Below, piece by piece: positions 27,511-36,730 of a DNA stretch of 64,000 nt. The translations under genes and the position numbers were made by a program. Below the pieces are notes generated by a model. That model had not been told where the DNA came from, did no database searches, and was given only the letters and a program-made list of their open reading frames with translations. Source of the stretch: Pseudomonadota bacterium. Lineage in GTDB: Bacteria; Bdellovibrionota_B; Oligoflexia; Oligoflexales; CAIYRB01. The number at the start of each line of letters is the position of its first letter. Positions within the stretch are counted from its first letter, which is position 1. The DNA is taken from the NCBI GenBank assembly GCA_031416315.1, contig JANOTL010000223.1, positions 1 through 64,000 on the forward strand. Reading direction: 5' to 3'.

Positions 27511-27834
27511 TCAGTTCCCGTCGCAGAATTTGATCGACTTGATCGTGCGCGGGAGGCCCGGGCTCTCGATCGCGAGGTCGGCGTAGCGGAATTTCTTGCC
27601 GTAGGCACCCTTCGCGTACTCCAAGGAGGTCTGCAGCCGGCAGTCCTCCTTCATCGTCTGGCGGTTGCGCGCGCAGACGGGGATCATCCCAGGGTCGACC
27701 TTCTCCATCATCCCGGGCTCGGCCTCGAGCACCCAGACGCAGTTCTTTCGGCCTTCCGGGTCGCAGCCCCCCATGAGGAGGCCGGCGCCGGCAAGGAGCG
27801 CTACCGAGGCGAGGTGCTGCAGAAACCTTGGCAA
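27511..27834 (-). CDS. Small cysteine-containing lipoprotein
   Basis: LMGG-C lipobox plus four further Cys. Confidence 0.65.
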   Translation of the reverse strand: MPRFLQHLASVALLAGAGLLMGGCDPEGRKNCVWVLEAEPGMMEKVDPGMIPVCARNRQTMKEDCRLQTSLEYAKGAYGKKFRYADLAIESPGLPRTIKSIKFCDGN

Positions 27835-27917
27835 GCTTGGACCCGTCCTGGTACGAATTGAGTTTCTTGCGGCTATTCTATTCTGGCGGCCCGCATCCGG
27901 TAAAGGACGGCTCTTCC

Positions 27918-28922
27918 ATGCGTTACGAGATCGGACGTGAGCTCTCGCGCTTCAAAGCCCTCGCCGAGCGCCTCGGCGGCGAGCCCCTGGCACCTGGCGC
28001 TTACGCTCTGCGGCCTAAGCGCATCGCCATGAGCCTGCCCGCAGGCAAGGACCTCGGACTGACCTTGATGGGGATCGTCCACGGCAACGAATGGGCCGGC
28101 TTAGCGACTCTGAACAATACGCTGTCGCTGATCGAGGCGGGCGTCGTCGAGCTCAAGATGCCCGTGGCCTTCGTGATCGGCAACCCCGACGCGGCTCGTG
28201 AGAACAAGCGCTTCCTGGGCAAAGACTTGAACCGCTCTTTCGCGGCCAAGCCGAACGGCGGCAATATCCCGGAGGAGGCGCGCGCGCGCGAGCTCGGAAG
28301 GATCCTCGAGCGCACGGCGTACCTGGTCGACTTCCACCAGACCTCACGCTCCGGCGACCGACCCTTCTTCATCTTTCCGTACAACCGACGCAGCTTCCTG
28401 TTCGCCCGCGGGATCGCGCCGCGGAAGACGATCGTGACGCATTGGGGACGACCCTTCTCCGCCGAAGGCATGTGCTCCGACGAGTTCACCAACTCCCACG
28501 GCGGCTGCGGCGTCTCGCTGGAGCTTGGGCAAAACGGCTTCGATCCGTATCAGATCGCGGTCGGGGTCGACTGCGCCTTGTGGGCGATCGCGACGACGCA
28601 GCGCTTCCTCGAACGCGGTGAGGCGCTCTCCGCTCACGGCGATCCGGAGAGCGAGGGCGAGCTCTACACCTGGGCCGAGATCATGGACTGGCCGGCCGAA
28701 GGCAGTCACGTCGAGCTGGTCGAGGGGCTCACCAACTTCCGCGAGATCGCGGCGGGGGAGCGGCTCGGAGCCGTCGACGGTCGACCGATTGTAGCCCGGG
28801 TCGCCGGGCGGATGCTCTTTCCGAAGTATCTGACGCGAGAGCAGCAAAACGCCTTGGAAACGCGGCCGACCGAGTTGTGCCGCTTGGTGCGGCGCATATC
28901 CGAATCGGACTTGCCGGGCTGA
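27918..28922 (+). CDS. Succinylglutamate desuccinylase/aspartoacylase family (M14 zinc hydrolase)
   Basis: VHGNE, GNP.A...KRF..DLNRSF, DFHQ, LELG. Confidence 0.85.
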   Translation: MRYEIGRELSRFKALAERLGGEPLAPGAYALRPKRIAMSLPAGKDLGLTLMGIVHGNEWAGLATLNNTLSLIEAGVVELKMPVAFVIGNPDAARENKRFLGKDLNRSFAAKPNGGNIPEEARARELGRILERTAYLVDFHQTSRSGDRPFFIFPYNRRSFLFARGIAPRKTIVTHWGRPFSAEGMCSDEFTNSHGGCGVSLELGQNGFDPYQIAVGVDCALWAIATTQRFLERGEALSAHGDPESEGELYTWAEIMDWPAEGSHVELVEGLTNFREIAAGERLGAVDGRPIVARVAGRMLFPKYLTREQQNALETRPTELCRLVRRISESDLPG

Positions 28923-28945
28923 CGCGTGAGCGTCAGCTCGTCACT

Positions 28946-29080
28946 TCAGTCGCCGCCCGGGCGACCGTCGTCTTCTTTGCGGCCGCAGGTCTCGACCTGG
29001 CCAGCCTTCTTACCGCCGCCGTGGCGCGTGTGCGCAGGCTTGTTCACGACTTTGACTTTTTTAGACGTGCTCGGTTTCAT
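28946..29080 (-). CDS. 44-aa putative ranthipeptide-type precursor MKPSTSKKVKVVNKPAHTRHGGGKKAGQVETCGRKEDDGRPGGD
   Basis: GAGGT SD 6 nt before ATG, own promoter; KKVKVVNK leader-like motif; C-X3-E-D-D core; downstream of rSAM operon. Confidence 0.6.
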   Translation of the reverse strand: MKPSTSKKVKVVNKPAHTRHGGGKKAGQVETCGRKEDDGRPGGD

Positions 29081-29100
29081 AAGTATACCTCGACCACCAG

Positions 29101-29141
29101 TTTGGTAACAAAATGATACCAAAAAATGAGAACCGCGTCCA
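29101..29141 (-). promoter_or_regulatory. Sigma70-like promoter TGGACG-N17-TATCAT with overlapping palindrome TTTGGTA-N9-TACCAAA
   Basis: -35 at 29136-29141, extended -10 at 29113-29118, inverted repeat 29101-29123. Confidence 0.55.
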
Positions 29142-29229
29142 GAGACATCGGCTCGACTCGCTGTCATTTCAGTAAGTTGCAGTTTCCGCGGGAGCGCGGC
29201 GCAGCCTCTGCCCCGTTGAAAAGCAAGTC

Positions 29230-31167
29230 TCATGCCGGCCTCGGCGTGAAGCTGACGCGGATCATTCCGGACTCGATCGACATCTCGCCGCCGTAGACCT
29301 CGCGCGTCAAACGCCCGAGCCCGGCGAGGAGGTCACGATAGAAATGGTCGCCACCGAGCGTGCGGATGGGCGGCGGCGTCGGCCGCGACAACAGCTCCAG
29401 GACGGCGGGGTCGGGGAGGGCCCCGGTCTCGGAGACGAAGGCGAGCTCGAGGCGCTCGGGGAAGTCGTCGCCGCCTCGGACGCGGTAGCGCAGGCTGATC
29501 TGTTGCTCCTCGATCGCGCCCTCGTCGTCGGCAGCGAAGAGCGCCGCATAGGCGGCGATCGCCGCGATCAAGGCCTTCACGTCGAAGGCAAGAGGCATCA
29601 TGACGAGGTCTTCTTCGCCCGGTTCGGGGCTCGCGACCATCGCAACACGGACGCCCATGCGGCGCAGGGCGGCGCCGTGCGTGCGGAGGAACTCGTCCAT
29701 CAGCGCTCGGGCGCTGCGCGCCGTGGGAGCGAGCGAGCCCTCCTCCAGGGCCGAGGCGATGAGAATGCTACGGATCGCGAACTCCAGGCGCGCGGCGTGG
29801 CGCTCGGCCTCGCGGACGGCGCCGGCGCCACCCGCGGTCGTGCCGAGGATCGCGAGCATGCCTTGCAGCTTGGCCACCGGCGTATTCAGATTGTGGCTCA
29901 GGAGCGAGATGAAGTTGCCCTTCAGATCGGCCGTGCGGGCGTGGACGCGCCCTTGCGCCGCGAGCCGCCACCTTTGGAAGGCGGTCAAGGAAAGGCGCGC
30001 GAAGCCGACGACGATGAAGGTCGAAAGGCCGAAGTAAGCGCAGTCGAAAAGCGGCATGTAAAGGCCGAGCTTTCTGATGGCCAAGGCGTTGACGAAGGGA
30101 CCGGCCAGCATGGCGACCAAGAACATCCCGGTCGCCGCGGTGCCGCCGAAGAGCGCCATCGCGCCGGTGATCACCAGGCAAAAAACAGCGACCGCGAGGA
30201 CGACGTAGGACTGGGTCGGCAGGCGCACGGTAGCGCCGTCGAGGAACATCGAGGCGATCTGCGCCCAGAAGACGTGGAGCGGCGTGCCGGAGATCTCGGG
30301 ATCGGCCTCGGCTCGGTCGTAGACGGTGCGCGTAAAACGCTTCACGTACTGGCCGCCGGCGGCGAGGGCGCCGGCCAGGTCGCTGCCGACGAAGGCGTAG
30401 CGCGCGGACGGCAGCGCGGGCAGCGCCAGGGCCTCGCGGAAGCTCAGGCGGCGGATCGTCTGCGGATCGGGGAGGTTCAGGACGTAGGCCGGCTGGATGC
30501 TCGGAAGGAGCTCGGTGAGCCAGGGTGCATCCTCTTTCTGCGGCGCGCCGCCCATCGTCTCGTTGGCGATGACGGGGAGCACCCAGTCGTCCCACTTGGC
30601 CGAGTAGGGACAGCTCGACTGCACTTTTTCGGGCAGGTCGTCGCACGGCGCGTCGTCGAGCGGCGTCGCGAGCTTGGTCAGCTCCTCCGGCAAGCGGTCG
30701 AGGTGCGCCGAGGGCGCCGCGATGTAGACCTTGGTCCTGCCGTTCTGCGCGAGCCGAGCGAGCGTCTCGACGAGCGGCAAGAGGTACACCTCGTCGAGAG
30801 GATGGGCCTCGGGATCGAGGCCTAGGAAGATCACCGGCACGTTGGCCGCCTCGAGCTTCTCGAGGATCCGCGCGTAGGAGGCGAGGGCCGCGTCGGGGAC
30901 GACGCCACCCGGCGCGCGGCCCAAGACGCGCGCGTCGACGGCGTCGGCGGAGACGGCGAGGAGGGCGTCGCCGCTTTGGTCCGGGCGGCCTTTGGCGAGC
31001 TTGACGCTGAACTCGAGGAGCTTTTGCTCGGCGAGCAAGGACAAGCGCGACGAGCGCTGTCCGGAATAGACGACGTAGGTCAGCGAGGCGAAGAGGATCA
31101 TCGCGACCGTGATCGGGTAAACGACGTCGAACCACCACAGCCGGTCGCGCCAGGAGCTGCGAAACAT
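29230..31167 (-). CDS. CHASE2-type sensor with intact H-box but degenerate HATPase domain
   Basis: TM + CHASE2-like region + 3 TM; NFISLLSHNLNTP; no N-box or DxGxG. Confidence 0.75.
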   Translation of the reverse strand: MFRSSWRDRLWWFDVVYPITVAMILFASLTYVVYSGQRSSRLSLLAEQKLLEFSVKLAKGRPDQSGDALLAVSADAVDARVLGRAPGGVVPDAALASYARILEKLEAANVPVIFLGLDPEAHPLDEVYLLPLVETLARLAQNGRTKVYIAAPSAHLDRLPEELTKLATPLDDAPCDDLPEKVQSSCPYSAKWDDWVLPVIANETMGGAPQKEDAPWLTELLPSIQPAYVLNLPDPQTIRRLSFREALALPALPSARYAFVGSDLAGALAAGGQYVKRFTRTVYDRAEADPEISGTPLHVFWAQIASMFLDGATVRLPTQSYVVLAVAVFCLVITGAMALFGGTAATGMFLVAMLAGPFVNALAIRKLGLYMPLFDCAYFGLSTFIVVGFARLSLTAFQRWRLAAQGRVHARTADLKGNFISLLSHNLNTPVAKLQGMLAILGTTAGGAGAVREAERHAARLEFAIRSILIASALEEGSLAPTARSARALMDEFLRTHGAALRRMGVRVAMVASPEPGEEDLVMMPLAFDVKALIAAIAAYAALFAADDEGAIEEQQISLRYRVRGGDDFPERLELAFVSETGALPDPAVLELLSRPTPPPIRTLGGDHFYRDLLAGLGRLTREVYGGEMSIESGMIRVSFTPRPA

Positions 31168-33095
31168 CAGGCCCCCTTCGCTTTCTGGAGGGCGAGCGTG
31201 AACTCGGCGCCTTTGCCGGGGGTCGAGCTGAGGTCGATCGCGGCGCCGATCTGGTCGGCGAAATACTTGCTCAGGTAAAGGCCCAGGCCGTGGCCTTTCA
31301 GCTTGTAAACCGAGTCGTCCTTCACGCGGTAGAACTTCTCGAAGATCCGCTCGTGGAACTCCGGCGAGATGCCGGGGCCCTGGTCCGCGACGCGGATGAG
31401 GAGACGACCGGGCGCGGGCTCGACGCGGATGGCGACGCGGCCGCCGACGGGCGAGTACTTCACCGCGTTGGAGACGAGGTTGTAGAGGATCTGCGAGAGA
31501 AGCGTGGGATCGGCGAGGGCGCTCGCGGTGTTAGCGACACCGTCGGCGACGTCGACCTCGATCGCGACCTTGCCCTCCGAGGCGCGCGACTCGAACTGGC
31601 GCACGACTTTCTGCACGACGGCCAAAGAGTCGATCCTGGCGAGGGGCAGGCGCTTCTTCTCCTGATAGGTGCCCCCAGCGGCGAATTTGGCGAACTGCTG
31701 GATGCCGTTCAGGTAGTCGTCGAGCTCCTCGCAGCTTCCCAAGGCGCGCACGAGCGCGTCTTTCGGCGTGCCTTCGAGGTCTTTCAAGGCCGAAGACGTC
31801 TCGAGCGCGGCGCGCGCGCGACGGTTGATCGCGGCGAGCTCCTCGGCGAAACGGTCGAGAAAGCGCTCTTGGATGGCGGCCAGCTCACCCTCCGATTTGG
31901 CGATGGCTTCGTGCTCGGCGCGCATGCGGGCCTCGAGACCGAGCCGCCGCAGGGCGCCGTAGGTCATCGCGAGGGACGAGAAGAGCGCCGCGTCGGCGAG
32001 CGGGAGGTAGCGGTTGAGCCAGGCGAAGGCGGCGGCGTGGAGGAGGAGGAGGAGGGACCACCCGCCGATGAAGAGGAAGGAGGCGAAGCCGACGCTGGAT
32101 TTCCAGATGAGCAAGGTCGCGACGGTGATGATGAAGGTCTGAAAGAGGTCGAAGGGGCGGGGAACGTCGCGTAGGAATTTGTTTTGCGTGAGGTTCGCCA
32201 GGGCGACGCCTTGGACGTGGACGACCGGGATGCCGTCGGCCAGGTCCTCGCCGTCCATCTGCCAAGGCGAGTTGACGAACGTGGCCTCGCGGTCGTGCGA
32301 GGTCCAGTTGCGCCAGGAGGTGTAACCGATGAGCAGCGTCTTGCCCTTAAGCTCGGCCAAGGTCGCGGGCTGTGCGACCGCGAGCGACTCCGCTTTCCAC
32401 GTGGCGAGCTGGCTCGGATGGAAGTAGTTGAGCTTCACCGCCGTACGGTCCTCGGGGAGGCGCCTCGCCTCGCCACGCTCGGGAGCGAGAAAGCTCAGGT
32501 CCACGCCTTTGCGCGCCGCCAGGAGATAGGGAAGGAAGGGGAGCTCGCCCTCTTCCTTGACGACGAAGTCGCGGACGATCTCGCGGCGGTAGTAGCGCGT
32601 GACGTCCGCCTTCGCGAGCTGGTCGGGAATCTTCTTGAAAGCCGCGGGGAGAAGCTCCGGCGATTGATTCTTCACCGAGAGGTCGAAGACCCCGATGACG
32701 AGGCGGCGGTCGCGGACCGCTAAGGCGGCGAGCTCTTCGGCCTGCGGGTCGCCGTACGGAAAGATCTGGTTCGGGACGAGGACGGCGATGTGCGCGGCGT
32801 CGGTTAAAAGAGCGGCGCGGACGACGCGCAGAAGCGAGCGCCACGACAGATTGCGGGGCTTCGTGCGGTTCTTCTCGAGGTCGGGGCCGTCGAGCTCGGT
32901 GGTGGTCCAGTCGTCGATGGCGATGACGCCTAAGTCCGAGGTGTCGATCGAGGTCGGGGCCAAGCGCGTACGGATGTCGAAGAGCTTGCTCTCGACGCGG
33001 TCGCGTAGGGGCGAGCTGTTGTAAACGTAAAGGAAGAGGGCGCCGACGACGGCGGCGAAGGCGAGAAGGAGCGCGTTGGCGATCTTGTCACGCAT
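31167..33095 (-). CDS. CHASE2-type sensor histidine kinase with intact HATPase but no phospho-His
   Basis: ESKLFD.R.RL, VIAIDD, LKGKTLLIG, P.VHVQ..ALANL; NLVSNAVKYS, DQGPGI, FEKFYR, GHGLGL; H-box reads RFAEEL. Confidence 0.82.
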   Translation of the reverse strand: MRDKIANALLLAFAAVVGALFLYVYNSSPLRDRVESKLFDIRTRLAPTSIDTSDLGVIAIDDWTTTELDGPDLEKNRTKPRNLSWRSLLRVVRAALLTDAAHIAVLVPNQIFPYGDPQAEELAALAVRDRRLVIGVFDLSVKNQSPELLPAAFKKIPDQLAKADVTRYYRREIVRDFVVKEEGELPFLPYLLAARKGVDLSFLAPERGEARRLPEDRTAVKLNYFHPSQLATWKAESLAVAQPATLAELKGKTLLIGYTSWRNWTSHDREATFVNSPWQMDGEDLADGIPVVHVQGVALANLTQNKFLRDVPRPFDLFQTFIITVATLLIWKSSVGFASFLFIGGWSLLLLLHAAAFAWLNRYLPLADAALFSSLAMTYGALRRLGLEARMRAEHEAIAKSEGELAAIQERFLDRFAEELAAINRRARAALETSSALKDLEGTPKDALVRALGSCEELDDYLNGIQQFAKFAAGGTYQEKKRLPLARIDSLAVVQKVVRQFESRASEGKVAIEVDVADGVANTASALADPTLLSQILYNLVSNAVKYSPVGGRVAIRVEPAPGRLLIRVADQGPGISPEFHERIFEKFYRVKDDSVYKLKGHGLGLYLSKYFADQIGAAIDLSSTPGKGAEFTLALQKAKGA

Positions 33096-34462
33096 CAGGC
33101 GGAGAGGAGCTCAGGGGCGCGCTCGAGGAGGATCGCGTAGACCCGCATCGCTTGCTCGATCTCGACCGCTTGCAGGCGGCAGAACATCGGGTCGACCGCG
33201 AACGTGTCGCCGGTGGCGGCCTTGTTCTCGTGCAGGCAGCCGCCGGCGCACCATTCGCGCATCCAGCAGGTGTCGCACGGGGCCTTTTTTGCCTCGCGAA
33301 AGGCGGAAACCGCGTCGAGCTTCTTCTGATCGAGGCCGTGCAAGACGTCGCCGAAGCGCTCGGACTCGTCCTCGTTGAAGCGGTGGCAGAGGTGGAAGGC
33401 GCCCTCGGCCGAGACGGTGAGGTAGTTGACGCCGGCGCCGCAGGCTTTGCCGCCGGTCTTGCCGTCGCGGATGTTCAGAAGGTGCTTCTTGACGTTGTCC
33501 AAGCGCAGGAGCGCCTTGAAGTCCCCCGCCTCGACCAGGCGGTCGATGACCTTGACGTAGACGGCGGCGAGCTTCGCCGCGTCGGCCTCGGTGAAATGGA
33601 AGACCTTGAGCGGCGAGGCCTGATGATAGACCGCGAGGCGGTAGTTGTGCGTCGTCAGCGTCTTCAGGATCGCCTCCTCGAGGAGGTTCACGTTGTCGCG
33701 CATGACGGTGGAGCGCAGGATGAAGCTGCGGAGGCTCGCGAGCTGCTCTTGGAAGGCGCGCAGCTTTTTCTCGACGACGGGCTCGGACGACTGCTGGCCC
33801 ACCATCGGGCGCTGCTTCGCCTGCAGGCCGTGGCCGTCGTAAGAGAGGGTGACCGAGACCTTCTTTGCCTTGAGCCACGCGAGCTTCTCGTCGTTCAAAA
33901 GAGTGCCGTTCGTGGTGACGGCATAGCTGAAGCGCGTGCCGGTGGCGGCTTCGCGCGCCTCGCACCAAGTGACGACGTCTTTCATGACGGGGTAGTTGAG
34001 GAAGGGCTCGCCGCCGAAAAAGATGACGTGAAAGTAGGCTTTGTCCTTGGTCAGGAGCTCGAGCGCGGCGACGGCCGTGTCCAGCTTCATCAAGCCCTTG
34101 TTGCCGTAGTCGCCTTCGCCGGCGAAACAGTAGAGACAGCGCAGATTGCAGCCTTGCGCCAGGTTGAGCGAGCAGGCGACGACGTCGGTCTTCACGTCCC
34201 GGGGCGGAGGCATCGGCAGGCCGCGCGCGATCTCGTCGAGCTCGGCGTCGGCCCCTTCCACGGACTCGCGGCCTTGGACGTGGCGGATGAGCTCATCGGG
34301 CGCTTCGAGGACGTGCGCCGAGGGAACGTGGAGGAGGAAGCCGGCGTCGAAGGCCTTCCAGACGCCCCGGAAAGCTCGCACTTCCGACGCGACGCGGGCT
34401 TCCAGCTCGAGGTCACGAGCGTCGGCGGCGAGCGAGGCGGTTGCGGGTGCGATCGGTGTCAT
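33095..34462 (-). CDS. Radical SAM/SPASM peptide maturase (PapB/CteB/QhpD-like)
   Basis: CNLRCLYC, FFGGEP, TTNGTLL; SPASM CGAG..CHRF..CDTCWMREWCAGGC..C; N-terminal RRE-like segment FLLHVPSAHVLE. Confidence 0.9.
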   Translation of the reverse strand: MTPIAPATASLAADARDLELEARVASEVRAFRGVWKAFDAGFLLHVPSAHVLEAPDELIRHVQGRESVEGADAELDEIARGLPMPPPRDVKTDVVACSLNLAQGCNLRCLYCFAGEGDYGNKGLMKLDTAVAALELLTKDKAYFHVIFFGGEPFLNYPVMKDVVTWCEAREAATGTRFSYAVTTNGTLLNDEKLAWLKAKKVSVTLSYDGHGLQAKQRPMVGQQSSEPVVEKKLRAFQEQLASLRSFILRSTVMRDNVNLLEEAILKTLTTHNYRLAVYHQASPLKVFHFTEADAAKLAAVYVKVIDRLVEAGDFKALLRLDNVKKHLLNIRDGKTGGKACGAGVNYLTVSAEGAFHLCHRFNEDESERFGDVLHGLDQKKLDAVSAFREAKKAPCDTCWMREWCAGGCLHENKAATGDTFAVDPMFCRLQAVEIEQAMRVYAILLERAPELLSA

Positions 34463-34607
34463 ATTGCTACCTTTTCGACAGGTGTCGAGGTGACGCGGCG
34501 ATCTAACTAGTTGTTATAACACGTAGATGCCAAACTCGGGGCGCGTCCCAGCAGCCATTGAGCAAGAACGATACCATATAAGGAAGCCTGTCCTGGGAGG
34601 AGCCTCG

Positions 34608-35807
34608 GTGCATCGTCTCGGCCTCATTTTTGGTCTCTTTTTGGCCGCGTCGCTGGCGCTGGCGCAGGGCGGCGCCTTGCCCAAGGGCGACCTCGGTACG
34701 GTCGACCAGGGGAAGGTGAAGGCGCCTTCGGCGCCGAAAGGCGAGGCGCGCCGCAACTGCCTTCTCGACTCGCTGCGCCCGACCGGAGGCAGCGGCGTGT
34801 GGAGCGCCACGGGCGACGCCTTCTATTTGCTCGCGAGCCGAGGGCCGACCGCGAAGATGCAGAAGAAGGGCGCCGAGTCGCTGAAAACGAAGTACACGCT
34901 CTACAAGCTCACGATGAAGGGGCGGAAGGTCGAGGCGCTGCTGTCGCTCGACCACAAGGGCGACGCGACGCTCGTCGCCTTCGGTAGCGGCGAGGAGCTC
35001 ACCGGCATCTCCGCGGTCTCGTTCATCGGCAAGAGCATGGGCTGCAACGAAGGCCCCGCCGGCATGGTGAGCATCTCGATGCAGGGCGGCAAAGCCGTGC
35101 AGGGGACGGGACAGTTCGCGCTCGCAGCGGGGCCGATGGGGCGCACGCTGATCGACGCAAAAAAGCTGAACGTGCTCGAGATGGACACGTCGAACTTCCA
35201 GACGCGCTCGGTGCGGGCGCTCAAGGACTTCGAGCGGCCCCTTTGGTTCGATGGCGGCGCGCGTCGGCTCGTCACGTTCCGCGACGACGGCAAGGTCCGC
35301 GGGCTCGTCGATTACAAGTCGGAAGACGACAAGAAGGCGCGGAAGCTCGCATTCAAGCCGGAGGAGCGCGCTCTGCAGCAGAAAGACCTCTTCGGCATGG
35401 CGCGGCTCGACGCGGCGAAGAACGCGATCGAGATCCAGGAGCTCCCCGAGTGGTCGGGACAGAAGGAGCCGCAGAGCTTCCGCGTCGTGCTGCCGGGGGC
35501 GTTCGCGGTGGCGACCGCGGGCGTCGACATCCACTTCGAGAAGCGCCTGGCGCTCGTTTCCGGCGGAACTTTCGTCGCGCGGCAGCAGTGGCAGAAGCTT
35601 TTCGTTTTCGCGTACCAGCGCCAGGATCCGCTCTTCGTGATCAGCGCGCCCGGCAAGCAATACGTGAGCTTTGCCGCGTTCGATCCGACGGGTGCTTACG
35701 CGGCGGTCGAGGCGCGCGACATCGAGTCGCGGGCGACGACGAGCTTCAAGATCTTCGACGTGGCGAAGAAGAAGATCGAGGAGATCAAGCTGCCGGCGCC
35801 GAAGTGA
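34608..35807 (+). CDS. Secreted hypothetical protein, probable beta-propeller
   Basis: GGAGG SD, signal peptide, WS..GD.FY and FDPTG propeller-like motifs. Confidence 0.65.
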   Translation: MHRLGLIFGLFLAASLALAQGGALPKGDLGTVDQGKVKAPSAPKGEARRNCLLDSLRPTGGSGVWSATGDAFYLLASRGPTAKMQKKGAESLKTKYTLYKLTMKGRKVEALLSLDHKGDATLVAFGSGEELTGISAVSFIGKSMGCNEGPAGMVSISMQGGKAVQGTGQFALAAGPMGRTLIDAKKLNVLEMDTSNFQTRSVRALKDFERPLWFDGGARRLVTFRDDGKVRGLVDYKSEDDKKARKLAFKPEERALQQKDLFGMARLDAAKNAIEIQELPEWSGQKEPQSFRVVLPGAFAVATAGVDIHFEKRLALVSGGTFVARQQWQKLFVFAYQRQDPLFVISAPGKQYVSFAAFDPTGAYAAVEARDIESRATTSFKIFDVAKKKIEEIKLPAPK

Positions 35808-35860
35808 GCTTTGAAGATGGCGAAGATAGCGAGGTTCAAAGCGTGGGCACAAAAAGCGGG

Positions 35861-36730
35861 ATGAGCGTGCGGGTCGGGATCGCGACCTCCGTGGACCATC
35901 CGCAGCTGATCGACGACGACCGGCTGTTCCTGCCTTACCTCGCGGCGCGCGGCATCGCCACGGAGCCGGCGATCTGGAACGATCCCGCCGTCGACTGGCG
36001 GCGCTTCGATGCGGTGGTGATCCGCTCGACCTGGGACTACTACGAGAGGATCGCCGAGTTCCGCCTCTGGCTCGACGGCCTGATCGCGGCCGGAGTGACG
36101 GTCTGGAACCCAGTGCCGACGGTCCTGCGCAACGCCGATAAGACGTATCTGCGCGAGCTCGAGAAAATGGGCGTGCTGACCCTGCCCACGGTCTGGATCG
36201 CGCCCGGCGAGGCGGAGACCATCGCCTCCGTGCTGAAGGCGGTGCCGTGGCAGGATTTGGTGGCGAAGCCGTCGATCTCCGCGGGCGCCTATCGCACGGT
36301 GCGCTGTTCGAAGCGAGAGCTCGAGGCGAATCCAGGCTTGATCGCGACGATCATCGCCGACTCGCACGCGATGATCCAGCCGTTCATGCAGGAGATCGTC
36401 GACGAGGGCGAGTGGTCCTTCCTCTTCTTCGGCGAGGAGCTTTCGCACGCGGTGGTGAAGAAGCCGAAGCCCGGAGACTTCCGGGTCCAGTACACGCACG
36501 GCGGCAAGCACGTGAAGGCCGAGCCGCCGGAGGCCTTGGCGGCGGCGGTCGCGAAAGTCTTCGCCCTGATCCCGGAGCCGCCGCGGCTCTTCACGCGGGT
36601 CGACGGCATCTGGACCAAAGGCCGGTTTCTCTGCATCGAGATCGAGATGATCGAGCCGGTGCTCTTCCTCGCGGAAGACAAGGAATCGCCGGTGCGCTTC
36701 GCGAAGGCCCTCGCGGACCTACTTCGATAG
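35861..36730 (+). CDS. ATP-grasp protein (RimK/glutathione synthase-like)
   Basis: IRSTWDY, NADKTYL, KPSISAGA, IQPF, DFRVQ..HGG, EIEMIEP. Confidence 0.82.
   Translation: MSVRVGIATSVDHPQLIDDDRLFLPYLAARGIATEPAIWNDPAVDWRRFDAVVIRSTWDYYERIAEFRLWLDGLIAAGVTVWNPVPTVLRNADKTYLRELEKMGVLTLPTVWIAPGEAETIASVLKAVPWQDLVAKPSISAGAYRTVRCSKRELEANPGLIATIIADSHAMIQPFMQEIVDEGEWSFLFFGEELSHAVVKKPKPGDFRVQYTHGGKHVKAEPPEALAAAVAKVFALIPEPPRLFTRVDGIWTKGRFLCIEIEMIEPVLFLAEDKESPVRFAKALADLLR

Noticed and set aside
27918..28922. M14 hydrolase as the leader peptidase of the 44-aa peptide
   Set aside because: Convergent, AstE-like; adjacency alone is insufficient without synteny data
34515..34535. TTGGCA upstream of the rSAM gene as a sigma54 promoter
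   Set aside because: No GC at the -12 position
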